A stretch of 64,000 bases of DNA from an uncultured Acidimicrobiia bacterium (GTDB taxonomy: Bacteria > Actinomycetota > Acidimicrobiia > IMCC26256 > JAENVU01), in assembly GCA_963848485.1 (NCBI GenBank), contig CAWKDX010000006.1:41612-105611 (forward strand). Direction: 5' to 3'. The notes beneath the pieces are model-generated. The model had not been told where the DNA came from. It saw nothing but the letters and a program-made list of their open reading frames with translations, and made no database searches. This document shows, piece by piece, positions 27,649 through 39,360 of this stretch. Every line of letters starts with the position of its first letter. The stretch's first letter is position 1. Both the position numbers and the translations under genes were made by a program.

Positions 27649-28401
27649 CTATCGCCGCTTCACCGCGAACAAATCGCAGTTGTGCACTGGTCCCGGCGGC
27701 CGAGGCTTCCACGGGCCGTGCATGATCCCCTCAATTTCGGCGACGATCTCGAAGTCTCGATGGAGGAGCTCGCGGATCAACTCCACGTCATAACCCATCG
27801 CCAGGTCGCGCTCGTCGGGGAACCGCGTGTACACGCCGCCACCGATGGCCGTGAAAGGACGCCCGGCGTATGTCAGCTCGCCTTCGTCGTCCCAGATCAC
27901 CACGAACGTGAGCACCGCGCTGCCACCTGGTCGGAGGACGCGTGCGATCTCCTCGAGGTAGTTCTTCACGCCGGCAAGTGGGACGTGCATGAACACCTCG
28001 AAGGCGCACACCACATCGAACTCGTGGTCGGAATAGGGGAACCGGGCCTCCGCGGGAGTGACGGCACCTGAGGGCCGGTACCGCGCGTTCGATACGTCGA
28101 CGAGGTCGAACTGGAAGCCCGGCAGCCTCGGGGCGTAGTGCTCGGTGAGCCAGGCGACGGCCTCAGGCGCAACGTCGAAACCGGTGTAGCGCCCGTCGGC
28201 ATGGAGGTACGACGCCAGCTCGTACGCGAGGCGACCTAGACCGCACCCCACCTCGAGCACTGCCGATGAGGGCTGCAGCCCGAAGTGCTCGAGCAGGGCC
28301 AACTGCTTTGGTCCTCGCGTGCCTCCGTCGTCACCGCCAACACGGTGGAGTGCCGGATCGGCGATCGGAAGTTCGCCGCGTGCGCACCGCACGTCGGTCA
28401 T
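27649..28401 (-). CDS. Class I SAM-dependent methyltransferase
   Basis: VLEVGCGLGR, YTGFDV, FPY.D.EFDVV, EIARVLRPGG. Confidence 0.92.
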   Translation of the reverse strand: MTDVRCARGELPIADPALHRVGGDDGGTRGPKQLALLEHFGLQPSSAVLEVGCGLGRLAYELASYLHADGRYTGFDVAPEAVAWLTEHYAPRLPGFQFDLVDVSNARYRPSGAVTPAEARFPYSDHEFDVVCAFEVFMHVPLAGVKNYLEEIARVLRPGGSAVLTFVVIWDDEGELTYAGRPFTAIGGGVYTRFPDERDLAMGYDVELIRELLHRDFEIVAEIEGIMHGPWKPRPPGPVHNCDLFAVKRR

Positions 28402-28469
28402 CAGCAGAGCCGCGCCCGAGACTCGGTTCGGTTGAAAGGCAAGCGACAATGGTACCAAAGCGGGCATGT

Positions 28470-29115
28470 TTCGGCCAGCGCCGGTTGTGTCGTCTCGTGG
28501 TCGAGTCGGGTTCCCGCGAGCGCGGTGGCGTGCACCTCGAACCCGGCGCGTTCCAGGCGACCGGACACGTCGCCGAGGCGGTGCCGATAGCTGGTCAGTG
28601 AAAGGCCCGTCCCATGAGCATCGGTCCGATGCACGGGCTCACGACCTCCGGCTTGGAAGGCCACCAGCAGGTATCCGCCGGGGCGCAGCACCCGCTTCAG
28701 CTCGGCGAAGGCGTCATCGAGACGCCCGGGGGCGTGGAGATGATCGAGGTACCAACCCACGACACCGCCGAGCGTCCCCTCCTCGATGGGAAGGTCGTCG
28801 AGCTGCCCTTCCTCGAACCCGAGACCTGGATGGGCGATCCGCGCCGCCGCGACCATCGCCGCCGACACGTCCACCCCGGCGACGTCGAGGTCGTGCGTCG
28901 CGAAGAAGGCCGCCACGCGGCCCGGTCCGCATCCGACGTCGGCGACGCGCGTGGACAGGTCCGGCGGCAACGAGTTCGACGAACGCGGTGAGCAGAGAAT
29001 GGTCGACCGGGGCCTCCGTCGCGGCGCTGAGCTCAGTGCCGACGGACTCGATGTAGGTGTCGGCCGACGCGTCGTAGACAGCTCGCGCCGCGGCAACGTG
29101 GTCTCCCTCAGGCAC
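28470..29115 (-). CDS. Class I SAM-dependent methyltransferase (frameshifted, 3' end possibly truncated)
   Basis: ARAVYD, VADVGCGPG, GVDVS, RVLRPGG. Confidence 0.8.
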
Positions 29116-29149
29116 GTACGCGTCACCGTTCGGCGAACGCGACCGCACG

Positions 29150-29370
29150 CCGCGTGATCGTTGACGATCGGCGGAGTCGGTACCCGATCGCCCGTCGCCA
29201 GACGCCCGGTCGAGCTCGCCGTGCCGCCGAGCGCTCGACGGCCCCGCCATCGGATGCTCGCGACGGCACGATCGTCGACTGAGAAGAGATCGTCGATCGA
29301 GATCTCCAGTCGCTCGTACGCGGCGACGTTCCCTGAGAACGACCTGCGCGAAACCTTCGACACCTCTCAT
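29150..29370 (-). pseudogene. Fragment of a SnoaL/ester-cyclase-like gene
   Basis: RGVEGF...LEISIDDLFSVDDRAVASIRWRG, then the similarity is lost. Confidence 0.4.
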
Positions 29371-29561
29371 CGGCCCAGATCCAGTCCAGACGCGGCTCGG
29401 GTCTCGGCAAGCAGATCATGGATGGAACGCTTCGCGCAGCATGGGCCCGTCGGTGCCAAGACTCAGTCCCGGCGTTCAAGAACAACGCGCCAATCCGGTC
29501 ATGAGACGACCGGTTTTCGGAGGAAGCTGATGTCGACCGATTCCTGAACGTGGAGCTGACG

Positions 29562-30163
29562 ATGTACGGACCAACACAACACGACGAGATCACCGGACTG
29601 GTGCGGTATCTGGACCAGCAGCTCGAGGCCATCCGTGCGGCGGCGATCGGCCTCACCGACGAACAGGCTCGCGAGCAGCCCTGCCGCAGCGCCCTGTCCA
29701 TCGGAGGACTGATCAAGCACGCCACCTACGGCATGCGCGGCGCCACGGCGCGGCTGACGCAGCCGGATCGGCCGATCAGACCGAGATCGACGAAGCAGCG
29801 TTCGCGGCGTATGCGGCGAGCTTCGCCCTCACGAGCGATGAAACCGCAGCCGGTGCCATCGCCGAGTTCGACGCGGTTCGTGCCGAGTACCTCGCTGCAG
29901 TCGCCGCGACCGACCCCGCGGCGCCGACCGTCGAACCGCCGGCGCCGTGGCACGGCATCGACGACGCCCGCCCGGCGTTGGCGCGCTACTTCCTCGTGCA
30001 CCAGATCGAGGAGTTCGCACGCCACGCCGGCCACGCCGACATCATCCGTGAGCAGATCGACGGGGTGGCCGTGCCGGCGATCGTGCTCAGCGAATCCAGC
30101 ATTCAGGTCAGCGACTTCTTCCAGCCGTACGTCGCGGCGCCGGGCACACTCGGGCAGGCCTGA
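29562..30163 (+). CDS. DinB/DUF664 family protein
   Basis: [21 protein letters not shown]; [22 protein letters not shown]. Confidence 0.88.
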
Positions 30164-30319
30164 GCGATCGGCGCACATCGGTCCGTTCCTGCGAGCACGT
30201 TGGACCGACCCCGAGCGCTTCGACCTGATCGCCGTTCGCCGACGATCCCAGCCAGCGCCCGCAGCGGGGAGAGGCCGGGCGCGACTGCGCCGACCTCTCC
30301 CCGCGTCACTCGCCCTGGT

Positions 30320-32871
30320 TCAGTCGCCGCTCTGGATGGCGCGCAGCACGTCGAGGCGTGCCGCCCGTCGTGCGGGGAGCGCGGCAGCCATGACGGCGGC
30401 ACCGGTGGCGGCGACGATGATCACCGCCAGCTCCCGCACGGGGACCGACAGCTGGGCCAGCTGGGTGCCACTGGCCGCCCGGATGAGCGCCCAGCCCAGC
30501 CCCAGACCGAGTGCGGTGCCGAGCACCGTGCCGACCATCGCGATCAGCGCCGACTCCCACCGGACGGTGCGCCGCGGACCTGCGCTCGCGCCATCCCGAC
30601 GGCCCGGAGCAGCCCGAGCTCCCGAGTGCGCTCGAAGACCGACAGCGCCAGCGTGTTGGCGATGCCGAAGAGCGCGATCACCAGCGCCATCGCCAGGAGC
30701 ACGTACACCAGGTTCAGCACCTTGTTGATCTGGTTGGCGACGTCGCCCTTGAACTCGTCCCGAGTCAGCAGCGTTGCATTGGGGGAGTCCTCGAGCACCT
30801 TCTCGATCGCCTTCCGGGCCTGCGCCTCCGAGACGCCGTCGGCGGTGTCGACGAGTGCGTGGTTGTCCACGTGGTTCGCGACGTTGGCGTCGAAGGCCTG
30901 CGAGGCCGAGCGTGTACGGGCCCATCGGCTCCTTGGTGCCGTAGATCGCGACGACCCGCAGCTGCTGCGTGCCGGTCTCGGCGAAGGTCATCGCCACCGA
31001 GTCACCGACGTGCAGGTGGCGGGCCTTCGCCTCGTCGGCCTGCACGGCCGACGGTGTCGCGTCCGAGCGTCGCGACCGACCCCGACCGCAGGTCGAAGTC
31101 GATCGTCCGCGCGGCCGTGGTCGGGTCGACCGCCGAGGTGTTCTTCACCTTGCCGTCAACCGTGGTGTTCAGGTACCGCAGTGCCGTGACCGCGCCGGTC
31201 TCGGGCAGGGCGTCGATCCGCCTCGTCACGTCGGGGCTCATCCCGCCCATGCCGAACTGGGTCTCGACGATCCAGTCGGCCTTCATCGCCTGGTCGATCG
31301 ACGTGGCGATGCTGGCCTTGGCCGATGCCGCGAACACCGTCATGAACGCGACGAGGGCGACGCCGATCATCAGTGCGGACGCGGCCGAAGCCGTGCGCCG
31401 CGGGTTTCGCGACGCGTTCTCCCGGGCCAGCGTTCCCGGCATGCCCCGGAAGCGGGGGAGCAGGACGCCCAGACCTCGTGACAGTGGACCGGGCGATGAC
31501 CGGGCCGAGCACGACCAGCGCCGCGAACACGCCGAGCGCACCCATGCCGACGGTCGCCATCTGGTGGGCGCCGAGCCCGGAGGCGATCGCGTACCCGCCG
31601 CCCGCGGCGAGCAGCGTACCGATCACGGCCCGCCGCTTCGAGGTGGCCGACCGGTCGATGGCCGTGTCACGCAGCGCCTCGATCGGTGCGACCTTGGCCG
31701 CCTTGCGGGCCGGCACGTAGGCCGCCACGACGTGACCACCACACCGATCACGGCGGAGATGACCAGGCTCGCCGGTGCGACCACCGAGCCCGACGCCGGG
31801 GAGCTCGAGCCCGAAGGCGCCGAGCACGGCCCGCAGTCCCTGCGCTGCGCCGAGGCCGGCGACGATACCGACGGCCGAGGCGAAGATCCCCGTGAGCGAG
31901 CGCCTCGATCATGACCGCTCGTGTCACTTGCCTGCGCGTCGCACCGATCGCCCGCAGCAGCGCGGTCTCCTTGGTGCGTTGGGCGACGGTGATCGAGAAG
32001 GTGTTGTAGATCACGAACGACCCGACGACGAGCGCAACGACGGCGAAGGTCAGCAGGAACATGTTCATGAACTGCAGCGACTTGCCGGCGGCCTTCTCGG
32101 CGTCCTTCGCGGCCTCGGCGCCGGTGAGCACCTCGACGTCACGGTCGGGGACGGCGCCGGCGCAGACGCCGCGGCGAGCTCGGCCTGCTGCACGCCGGGC
32201 TCGGCGACGACCTCGATCGCGGTGTAGCGGCCCGGCGTGCCGAGCACCGTGGCCGCGGTCTCCGGGGCGAAGGCCACGACCTGGGCGCCCGCAGCGCTGT
32301 CCTGCGCGCCGTAGGTCGCGACTCCGGCGAGCCGGTACGGCTGGGTGCCGGCCTGGCTGATGACCTGGACGGTCTCACCCACGCGGAAGCGACCCGGTGC
32401 GCTGCGAGGCGCGGTCGATCACGATCTCGTCCGGCGCACGCGGTGCGTGGCCGGAGACGAGCTCCAGGGGGTTGAGCGCCGGCGATGGACTGCCACGCCA
32501 TGGCGATCGGGATCGGCCCGCTCGCGGTTGGCGTCGAGGAGATCGCCGTCGTGACCGACGACGATCGCGATGCCGAGCTGCTGGGGCTCGGCGGTCTTGA
32601 CGCCGGGCACCGACCGGACCCGGTCCAGCGTCGCCGCCGAGACGGTGCCGCGGTCGTCACCCTGGTCGCCGGCGTCGATGTGGCGGCCGGAGCGCACCAC
32701 CGCGTCTGCAGACTTGTACACGTTGGCGGCGACGTCGTCGTAGGACTTCTTGATGGTGTCGGTCAGGACGAGCGTGCCGGTCATGAAGGCGACGCCGAGC
32801 ATGACGGCGACGCCGGTGAGGAAGAACCGGGTCTTGTTGGCCCGGATGGAGTTGAGGACGAGTGCGAACAT
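30320..32871 (-). CDS. FtsX/MacB-type ABC exporter permease (frameshifted)
   Basis: AVMLGVAF, IYNTFSITVAQRTKE.ALLRAIGA, RNPRRTA, IANTLALSVFERTRELGLLRAVG. Confidence 0.92.
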
Positions 32872-32873
32872 GA

Positions 32874-33651
<778 letters not shown>

Positions 33652-33790
33652 CGTCGGGTTCCTTTCGGCTGCGGCCCGCCGTTCGAGCCGTCCCCGTCAC
33701 GATGCGCTTCGGCCGCGCCGATTTCGTCGGCCCGGCGATGGTTCGGGCTCTGCAACTCCAGGCGCGGCCGCGGGATCGCGGCGCGAGCGC

Positions 33791-33831
33791 GGCGCGTACA
33801 TCCCGGGGTGTACGCGCCGGTCATCCCGGGG
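33791..33831. promoter_or_regulatory. Putative response-regulator operator in the divergent promoter
   Basis: Inverted repeat GGCGCGTACA-N8-TGTACGCGCC (33791-33818); CATCCCGGGG repeated at 33799 and 33822. Confidence 0.55.
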
Positions 33832-33871
33832 GCCGATGCGCCCCGGGAGGGCGCGTCGTTAGGGTGAGGTC

Positions 33872-35059
33872 ATGGACACGGGGACCCGACTCGCGCAGCT
33901 CTCGCAGCGCTTCCGCGACCTCAACCCGTGGGTCCTCGACGCGTTCATCGGGACCGCGTTCACGGTGTTCGGGCTCGTCGGTCTGTTCAGCGACGAGCCG
34001 GCTCGAAGCCGGGCTATCACTCGGCCGACGCGTTCGGCGTGGTGCTGTCGCTCTTGTGCAGCCTGCCCTACTTCGTCCGACGGCGCGCACCCGTCCCCGT
34101 GCTGCTCGCCAACGTCGTTGCGCTGTGCACGCTGGCCATCATCGGCTATCCCTCCAACGTCCAGTCCCAGATGCTGCTCGTGGGGATCTACACGGTCGGG
34201 TCGCACGCCGACGGCCGCGGCCGGTTGGTCAGCGTCCTCGCGGTGGCGATCGGGCTCACGTCGGTCGCGGTCGCCGGCATCCCGGACGCGACGACGACCG
34301 GTCTCGCGCTGAGTGGCGCCGTCTACGCCGGCGCGTACCTCTTCGGGTCGACGATGCGGAACCGGCGCCTGTACCTGGGTGAGCTCGAGGCCCGGGCGAT
34401 CGAGCTCGAGCGTGAGCGCGACGAGGAGGCGAAGCGTGCGGTGGCCGAGGAGCGGCTGCGGATCGCCCAGGAGCTGCACGACGTCGTCGCGCACTCGATG
34501 GGCGTCATCGCGGTGCAGGCCGGCGTCGGCGCGCACGTGATCGACCAGGACCCCGCGGAGGCCAAGCGCTCCCTCGACGCGATCTCGGCGACGAGCCGCT
34601 CGACGCTCACCGAGATCCGTCGTCTGCTCGGCGTGCTGCGCGACGACGGCGCCGCCGCGTACCAGCCCGCGCCCGGGCTGGCCGACCTCGACCGGCTGGT
34701 CGCCGATCTCGGCGACGCGGGCCTGCCGGTGTCGGTCTGCGTCGAGGGCTCCTCGCCGACGTCCCGCCCGGAGTCGACCTCACCGCGTACCGGATCGTGC
34801 AGGAGGCGCTCACCAACGTGCTCAAGCACGCCGGGCCGGCGCGGGCGGCGGTGACGGTCACCTACGAGCCCGACGCGGTGCGGCTCCGGATCACCGACGA
34901 CGGTCGCGGGGTGAACGGCACCGTCGACCGACGGCGGCCACGGGCTGCTCGGCATGCGCGAGCGGGTCGGCGTGTACGGCGGCTCGCTGTCGGCGGGACC
35001 CCAGACCGGCGGCGGGTTCACGGTCGTGGCCGAGCTGCCGTACGGGGAGGCCGAAGTGA
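33872..35059 (+). CDS. HisKA_3 membrane sensor histidine kinase
   Basis: EERLRIAQELHDVVAH, QEALTNVLKHA, DDGRG, GHGL.GMRER. Confidence 0.93.
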
Positions 35060-35745
35060 TCCGCGTCGCGGTCGCCGACGACCAGGCGCTCGTCCGCAGC
35101 GGCTTCACCGTGCTGCTGCGGTCCGCCGACGACATCGAGGTGGTCGGCGAGGCGGGCGACGGGCGCGAGGCCGTCGATCTCGTCGCGGCGGAGTGTCCCG
35201 ACGTGATCCTGATGGACATCCGCATGCCGGAGATGGACGGCCTCGAGGCCACCCGCCGGATCGCGGCGAGCGGCGTGCGACACCCGCGTCCTCGTCCTCA
35301 CGACCTTCGACCTCGACGAGTACGTCTTCGGTGCGCTGCGAGCCGGCGCGAGCGGCTTCCTGCTGAAGGACACCCTGCCCGACGACCTGCTCGCCGCGGT
35401 CCGGGTGGTCGCGGCGGGCGAGGCGTTGCTGGCGCCGAGCGTCACCCGCCGCCTGATCGAGCAGTTCGCCGAGCGACGCGGAGCCGGCGGCACCGAGCTG
35501 CGCCACCGCCGGGGTTCGACACCCTGACCGAGCGCGAGGTCGAGGTGCTCGCCGCGGTGGCCCGCGGCCTGTCGAACGCCGAGATCGCCGACGAGCTCTT
35601 CATGGCGCACGCGACCGCGAAGACCCACGTGAGCCGGCTGCTCACCAAGCTCGCCTGCCGTGACCGCGCGCAGCTCGTGATGATCGCCTACGAGGTCGGG
35701 ATCGCGGTGCCCGGTGCAGACGACTCGACCCCCGAGGACGAGTGA
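35056..35745 (+). CDS. NarL/LuxR family response regulator
   Basis: VADDQALVR, DVILMDIRMP, LTTFD, LTEREVEVL..VARGLSNAEIA. Confidence 0.94.
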   Translation: MIRVAVADDQALVRSGFTVLLRSADDIEVVGEAGDGREAVDLVAAECPDVILMDIRMPEMDGLEATRRIAASGVRHPRPRPHDLRPRRVRLRCAASRRERLPAEGHPARRPARRGPGGRGGRGVAGAERHPPPDRAVRRATRSRRHRAAPPPGFDTLTEREVEVLAAVARGLSNAEIADELFMAHATAKTHVSRLLTKLACRDRAQLVMIAYEVGIAVPGADDSTPEDE

Positions 35746-36417
35746 GCTCACGCCCGGATCGGAGTCGGACAGCTCATGACAATCTCACCTTGGACGCGAT
35801 CGAACGTGAATCGTTGTGCGACCTCATGAACGAGCTCGGTCCGGACGGCCCCGACGCTGCTCGGGCCGTGGACGACGCGCGACCTCGCCGCGCACCTCGT
35901 CATTCGCGAGCACGACATCCGCGCGGCACCGGGGCTCGTGGTGCCCGGTGCGTGGGGTCGCTTCGCCGAGCGACGCAGGACGGCACTGACCCGGACGGAG
36001 TACGCCACCCTGCTCACGACGATTCGATCGGGACCGCCCGCGGGTTCTTCCGCATCGGGTGGGTGCGCCGAGGTCCGAACCTCAACGAGTTCTTCGTCCA
36101 CCACGAGGATGTCCGCCGAGCCAACGGGCTTCGATCCACGGACGAACACCGGCGCCCTGGACGAAGCGCTGTGGCGCAACGTCGGCTTCGCGCCGTGGTT
36201 CCTCGCCCGGCGACTCCGCGGCGTCGGGCTCGAGCTCGAGTGGGCGGGGACGACCCAGGTCGTGCGAGCCCGTCGAGGAACGCCCACTGCGCGCCTCACC
36301 GGACTGCCGGGCGAGCTGTTGCTCTACCTCTTCGGGCGTCGGGACGCGGCCCACGTCGAAGTCAGCGGCCCGAGGGAGGCGGTCGACACGCTCGGGCGAG
36401 TGCGATTCGGCATCTGA
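35742..36417 (+). CDS. TIGR03085-like (MDMPI/DinB-fold) metal-binding protein
   Basis: ERESLCD, WTTRDLAAHLVIRE, EFFVHHEDVRRA, GELLLYLFGR. Confidence 0.82.
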
Positions 36418-36441
36418 GCTCGCGCATGGCTGACAGTGCCG

Positions 36442-37324
36442 TCAATGCGAGCGCGGACAGGTCGAGTGCGGCGACCCGTTCGGCGTCGGCGAGCACATCG
36501 ATCTCGACGATCGACACCGCCGCGCACGGTGAAGCCCATGACCGTCACCGGTCGGCCGTCCACGAGCACGACGACGCCTGCGGCGCCGTTCACGAGCACC
36601 GGGCGGAGCTCGGCCCCGGGCTCGGAGAACATGATCGCTCTCGACGCGACGGTCTTGGCGCCGCGGTCGACGCCAGTCGCCTCGGGCCGGCTCGCGCCGC
36701 CGTCGGATCGCACGACCACGTCCGGGTCGAGCACCGCGACCAGCCGCTCGAGGTCGCCGCCGCGCGCCGCGGCGAAGAACGCGTCGACCACCTCGCGGTG
36801 GCGCGACCGGTCGGCGTCCGGGACCGGCGCGCCCTGGACGCGCCGCCGGCCGCGGCTCGCAAGCTGGCGGGTCGCGGTCGGGCGAGCGATCGAGGATCGG
36901 CGCGATCTCGTCGAACGGCACGGCGAACAGGTCGTGCAGGACGAACGCGAGCCGCTCGGCGGGCGGGAGCGTCTCGATCACGACGTGAAGTGCGAGACCG
37001 ACCGCGTCCGCGAGCACGGCCGCCTGCTCGGGATCGTCCGAGTCCTCACGCGTGATCACAGGATCGGGGACGTGCATGCCCACCGGGTCCTCCGGATGGG
37101 TCGCGCGCGAGCGCAGCCGGTTCAGGCAGACGCGACGCCGTGACTGTCGTCAGCCAGCCGGCGAAGTTCTGGATCGCATCGGTATCGGAACGGTCGAGCC
37201 GGATCCACACGTCCTGGACCGCATCCTCGGCCTCGCGGCGCGAGCCGAGCATCCGGTACGCGACCCCTTCGAGCCGGAGCCGCTGCTCCTCGAACCGGGT
37301 GGTCAGGAAATTCTGGTCGCTCAT
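36442..37324 (-). CDS. ECF sigma-70 factor with SnoaL-like C-terminal extension (ECF41/SigJ-like)
   Basis: AYRMLGS..EAEDAVQ, PAERLAFVLHD.F, LASRARRR, LDPDVV.RSDGG, VNGAAG, DPER. Confidence 0.88.
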
Positions 37325-37325
37325 C

Positions 37326-37388
37326 GGTCACATCCCGTCGTCGCGCCGTGTCATACCGGTTGACCCCCGCCAGCGGGCGGATGTGACC
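37326..37388. promoter_or_regulatory. Two opposed ECF41-type promoters
   Basis: Plus strand GGTCACA(37326-37332)-N16-TGTC; minus strand GGTCACA(37388-37382)-N16-GGTC; ECF41 consensus is TGTCACA-N16-CGTC. Confidence 0.7.
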
Positions 37389-37405
37389 GACCAGGAGGTA
37401 CGACG

Positions 37406-37884
37406 ATGACGACGCTCGCGACGGATCTGAAGCCGAGGATGCAGCATCCCGCCATGATCCTCGCCGACGCCATGGCCGCGCTCCAGGCCGTGGGCGCCGC
37501 GGTGGGCCAGGGCGACGTTCCCGACGGCACCATCGAGCTGGTGAACATGCGGGCGAGCCAGATCAACGGCTGCGGCGTGTGCCTCGTCGGCCACGTCCGG
37601 GCGCGAAGAAGCGGGGCGAGACCGACGACCGCCTCGCGGCCGTGGCCGGCTGGCGCGAGGCACCGTTCTTCACCGAGGCCGAGCGCGCGGCGTTGGCCCT
37701 CACCGAGGCGGTGACCCGCCTGAGCGACCGGTCCGATCCGGTGCCGGACGCGGTATGGGACGAGGCGGCCCGTTGCTACGACGAGGGTCAGCTGGCCACC
37801 CTGGTGCTGGCGATCGCCAACATCAACGTCTGGAACCGGTTGAACGTGGCCACCCGCCAGGTCGCGGGCGGCTGGGAGGCGTGA
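37406..37884 (+). CDS. Carboxymuconolactone decarboxylase/AhpD-like protein
   Basis: RASQINGCGVC (CxxC), WREAPFFTEAERAALALTEA, INVWNRL; AGGAGG RBS. Confidence 0.92.
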
Positions 37885-37911
37885 CGCCGAGCACGCGGCA
37901 CGAACCGCGCG

Positions 37912-38096
37912 CTACTCGGCTTCGGGCTGGTGGGGGTCGTCGAGGGTCAGTCCGAGCTCGTCGAGCTCCTTCGGATCCAACTCGAGCTTGTCCTCGGCAT
38001 CCTGTTCGTCCTCGTCGAGGTCGGTCAGCGGGATGGCCTCGGTCTCGGGGAAAGGTCGCTCAGGTCGTCGTCGTGCCGGGCTCGGTCGGTGTCCAT
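37912..38096 (-). CDS. Small acidic hypothetical protein (one frameshift)
   Basis: MDTDRARHDDDLSD...IPLTDLDEDEQDAEDKLELDPKELDELGLTLDDPHQPEAE; GGAG upstream. Confidence 0.55.
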
Positions 38097-38276
38097 GCGC
38101 GTGATCTCCAATGCAGGGAACACCCATCTTGCCCGGTCGCCCGCGGTGCGGGTTGAGACCCTCGAGGGGTGCGAAGTCGCACCGGAAGCCGTTGTCATGG
38201 CGAGAGGTGGCGGGTTGCCGTCCGGCCAGCTGCTCTGCAAGATGCGGGTCCCGACGACGCGACTCGAGGAGTGCTC

Positions 38277-39357
38277 GTGGAACCGATCAAGATCGGCTGG
38301 CTGGGTTCGGCGCTCGACGGGCCGGGCGGCGGCTACGACAAGATCCACCGGCTCGCGTTCGACGAGGCCGAGGAGCACGGGCCTGCTGGATCGCCCGGTC
38401 GAGTTCGTCTTCCACGCCGAGAACGGTCTGCCTCAGGGCTCCGCGAAGAACGCGACCGACGGCTTCCGCTACCTCGTCGACGAGGGTTGCATCGGGGTTG
38501 CCGGCGCGTACAGCTCCGACAACGCGATCACCGTCGGTCCGCTGGCGAACGAGCTGCAGATTCCGCTGATCAGCTGGTGCGGGACCGAGCGGCTCCAGGG
38601 TGACTACTGCTTCCGGCTCGGCAACGGCGATTGCGGCGGTGACGCGACGCTCGTCGTCGCTTGGCTGAAGCGCAACGGTCACGATCGCGTCGCGGTGCTC
38701 AGCGAGATCTCGCCGAACGGCGAGGAGTACTTCCGCTACTTCCGCCAGGAGTGCCGGCGCCGCGGCATCAGCATCGCCGCGGTCGAGTCCGTGAGCCAGA
38801 GCCCCGATGAACCTCGCCGCGAACCTCGACAGCCTGCGCCAGGTGAACGCGGACGCCCTCGTCTACATGGGCTACGGGATGCTCGCGGCGAAGGGTCTGC
38901 TGCGCGACGCGCTCGACCAGCTGGGCTGGGATCCGCCGCGGATCATGGGCACCTCGTTCATGTTCTACCTGATGGGCTTCGACAAGTTCGAGGGATGGGT
39001 GGGCATCGACCAGCTCGATCCGAGCAACCCGCTGACCGAGGCGTTCCACGCAACGATTCGTCGCGCGCTACGGCGAGAACCCGCCGTTGTGGCCGAACGC
39101 GATCCCGGTGCTCGCGTACGACACCGCCCGCGTGCTCGTCGAAGGGCTGTTCCGCGCGCCGATCCTCTCGGGGCCGGGGCTGAAGGCCGGGCTCGAGTCG
39201 ATCCGCTTCATGCCGAGCACCACCGGCTGGCCGCCAGACCCACATCGCGTGCTCCGCGTACGAGCACGGGATGTTCCGCGGCGACTGGCTGCTCTACGGC
39301 CGGGTCACGAACGGGAAGCTCGAGTTCGAAGGGCTCTTCGAGCCCTGGGAGGACTGA
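38277..39357 (+). CDS. LivJ/PBP1-fold ligand-binding protein with no signal peptide (frameshifted)
   Basis: PIKIGWL, GAYSSD, IPLISW, CFRLGNG, RVAVL, AYD; no permease genes nearby. Confidence 0.75.
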
Positions 39358-39360
39358 GCC

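Noticed and set aside
34954-35745. Kinase C-terminus in frame with the response regulator (hybrid kinase)
   Set aside because: The GTGA at 35056-35059 is a typical stop/start overlap, and one indel explains the fusion.
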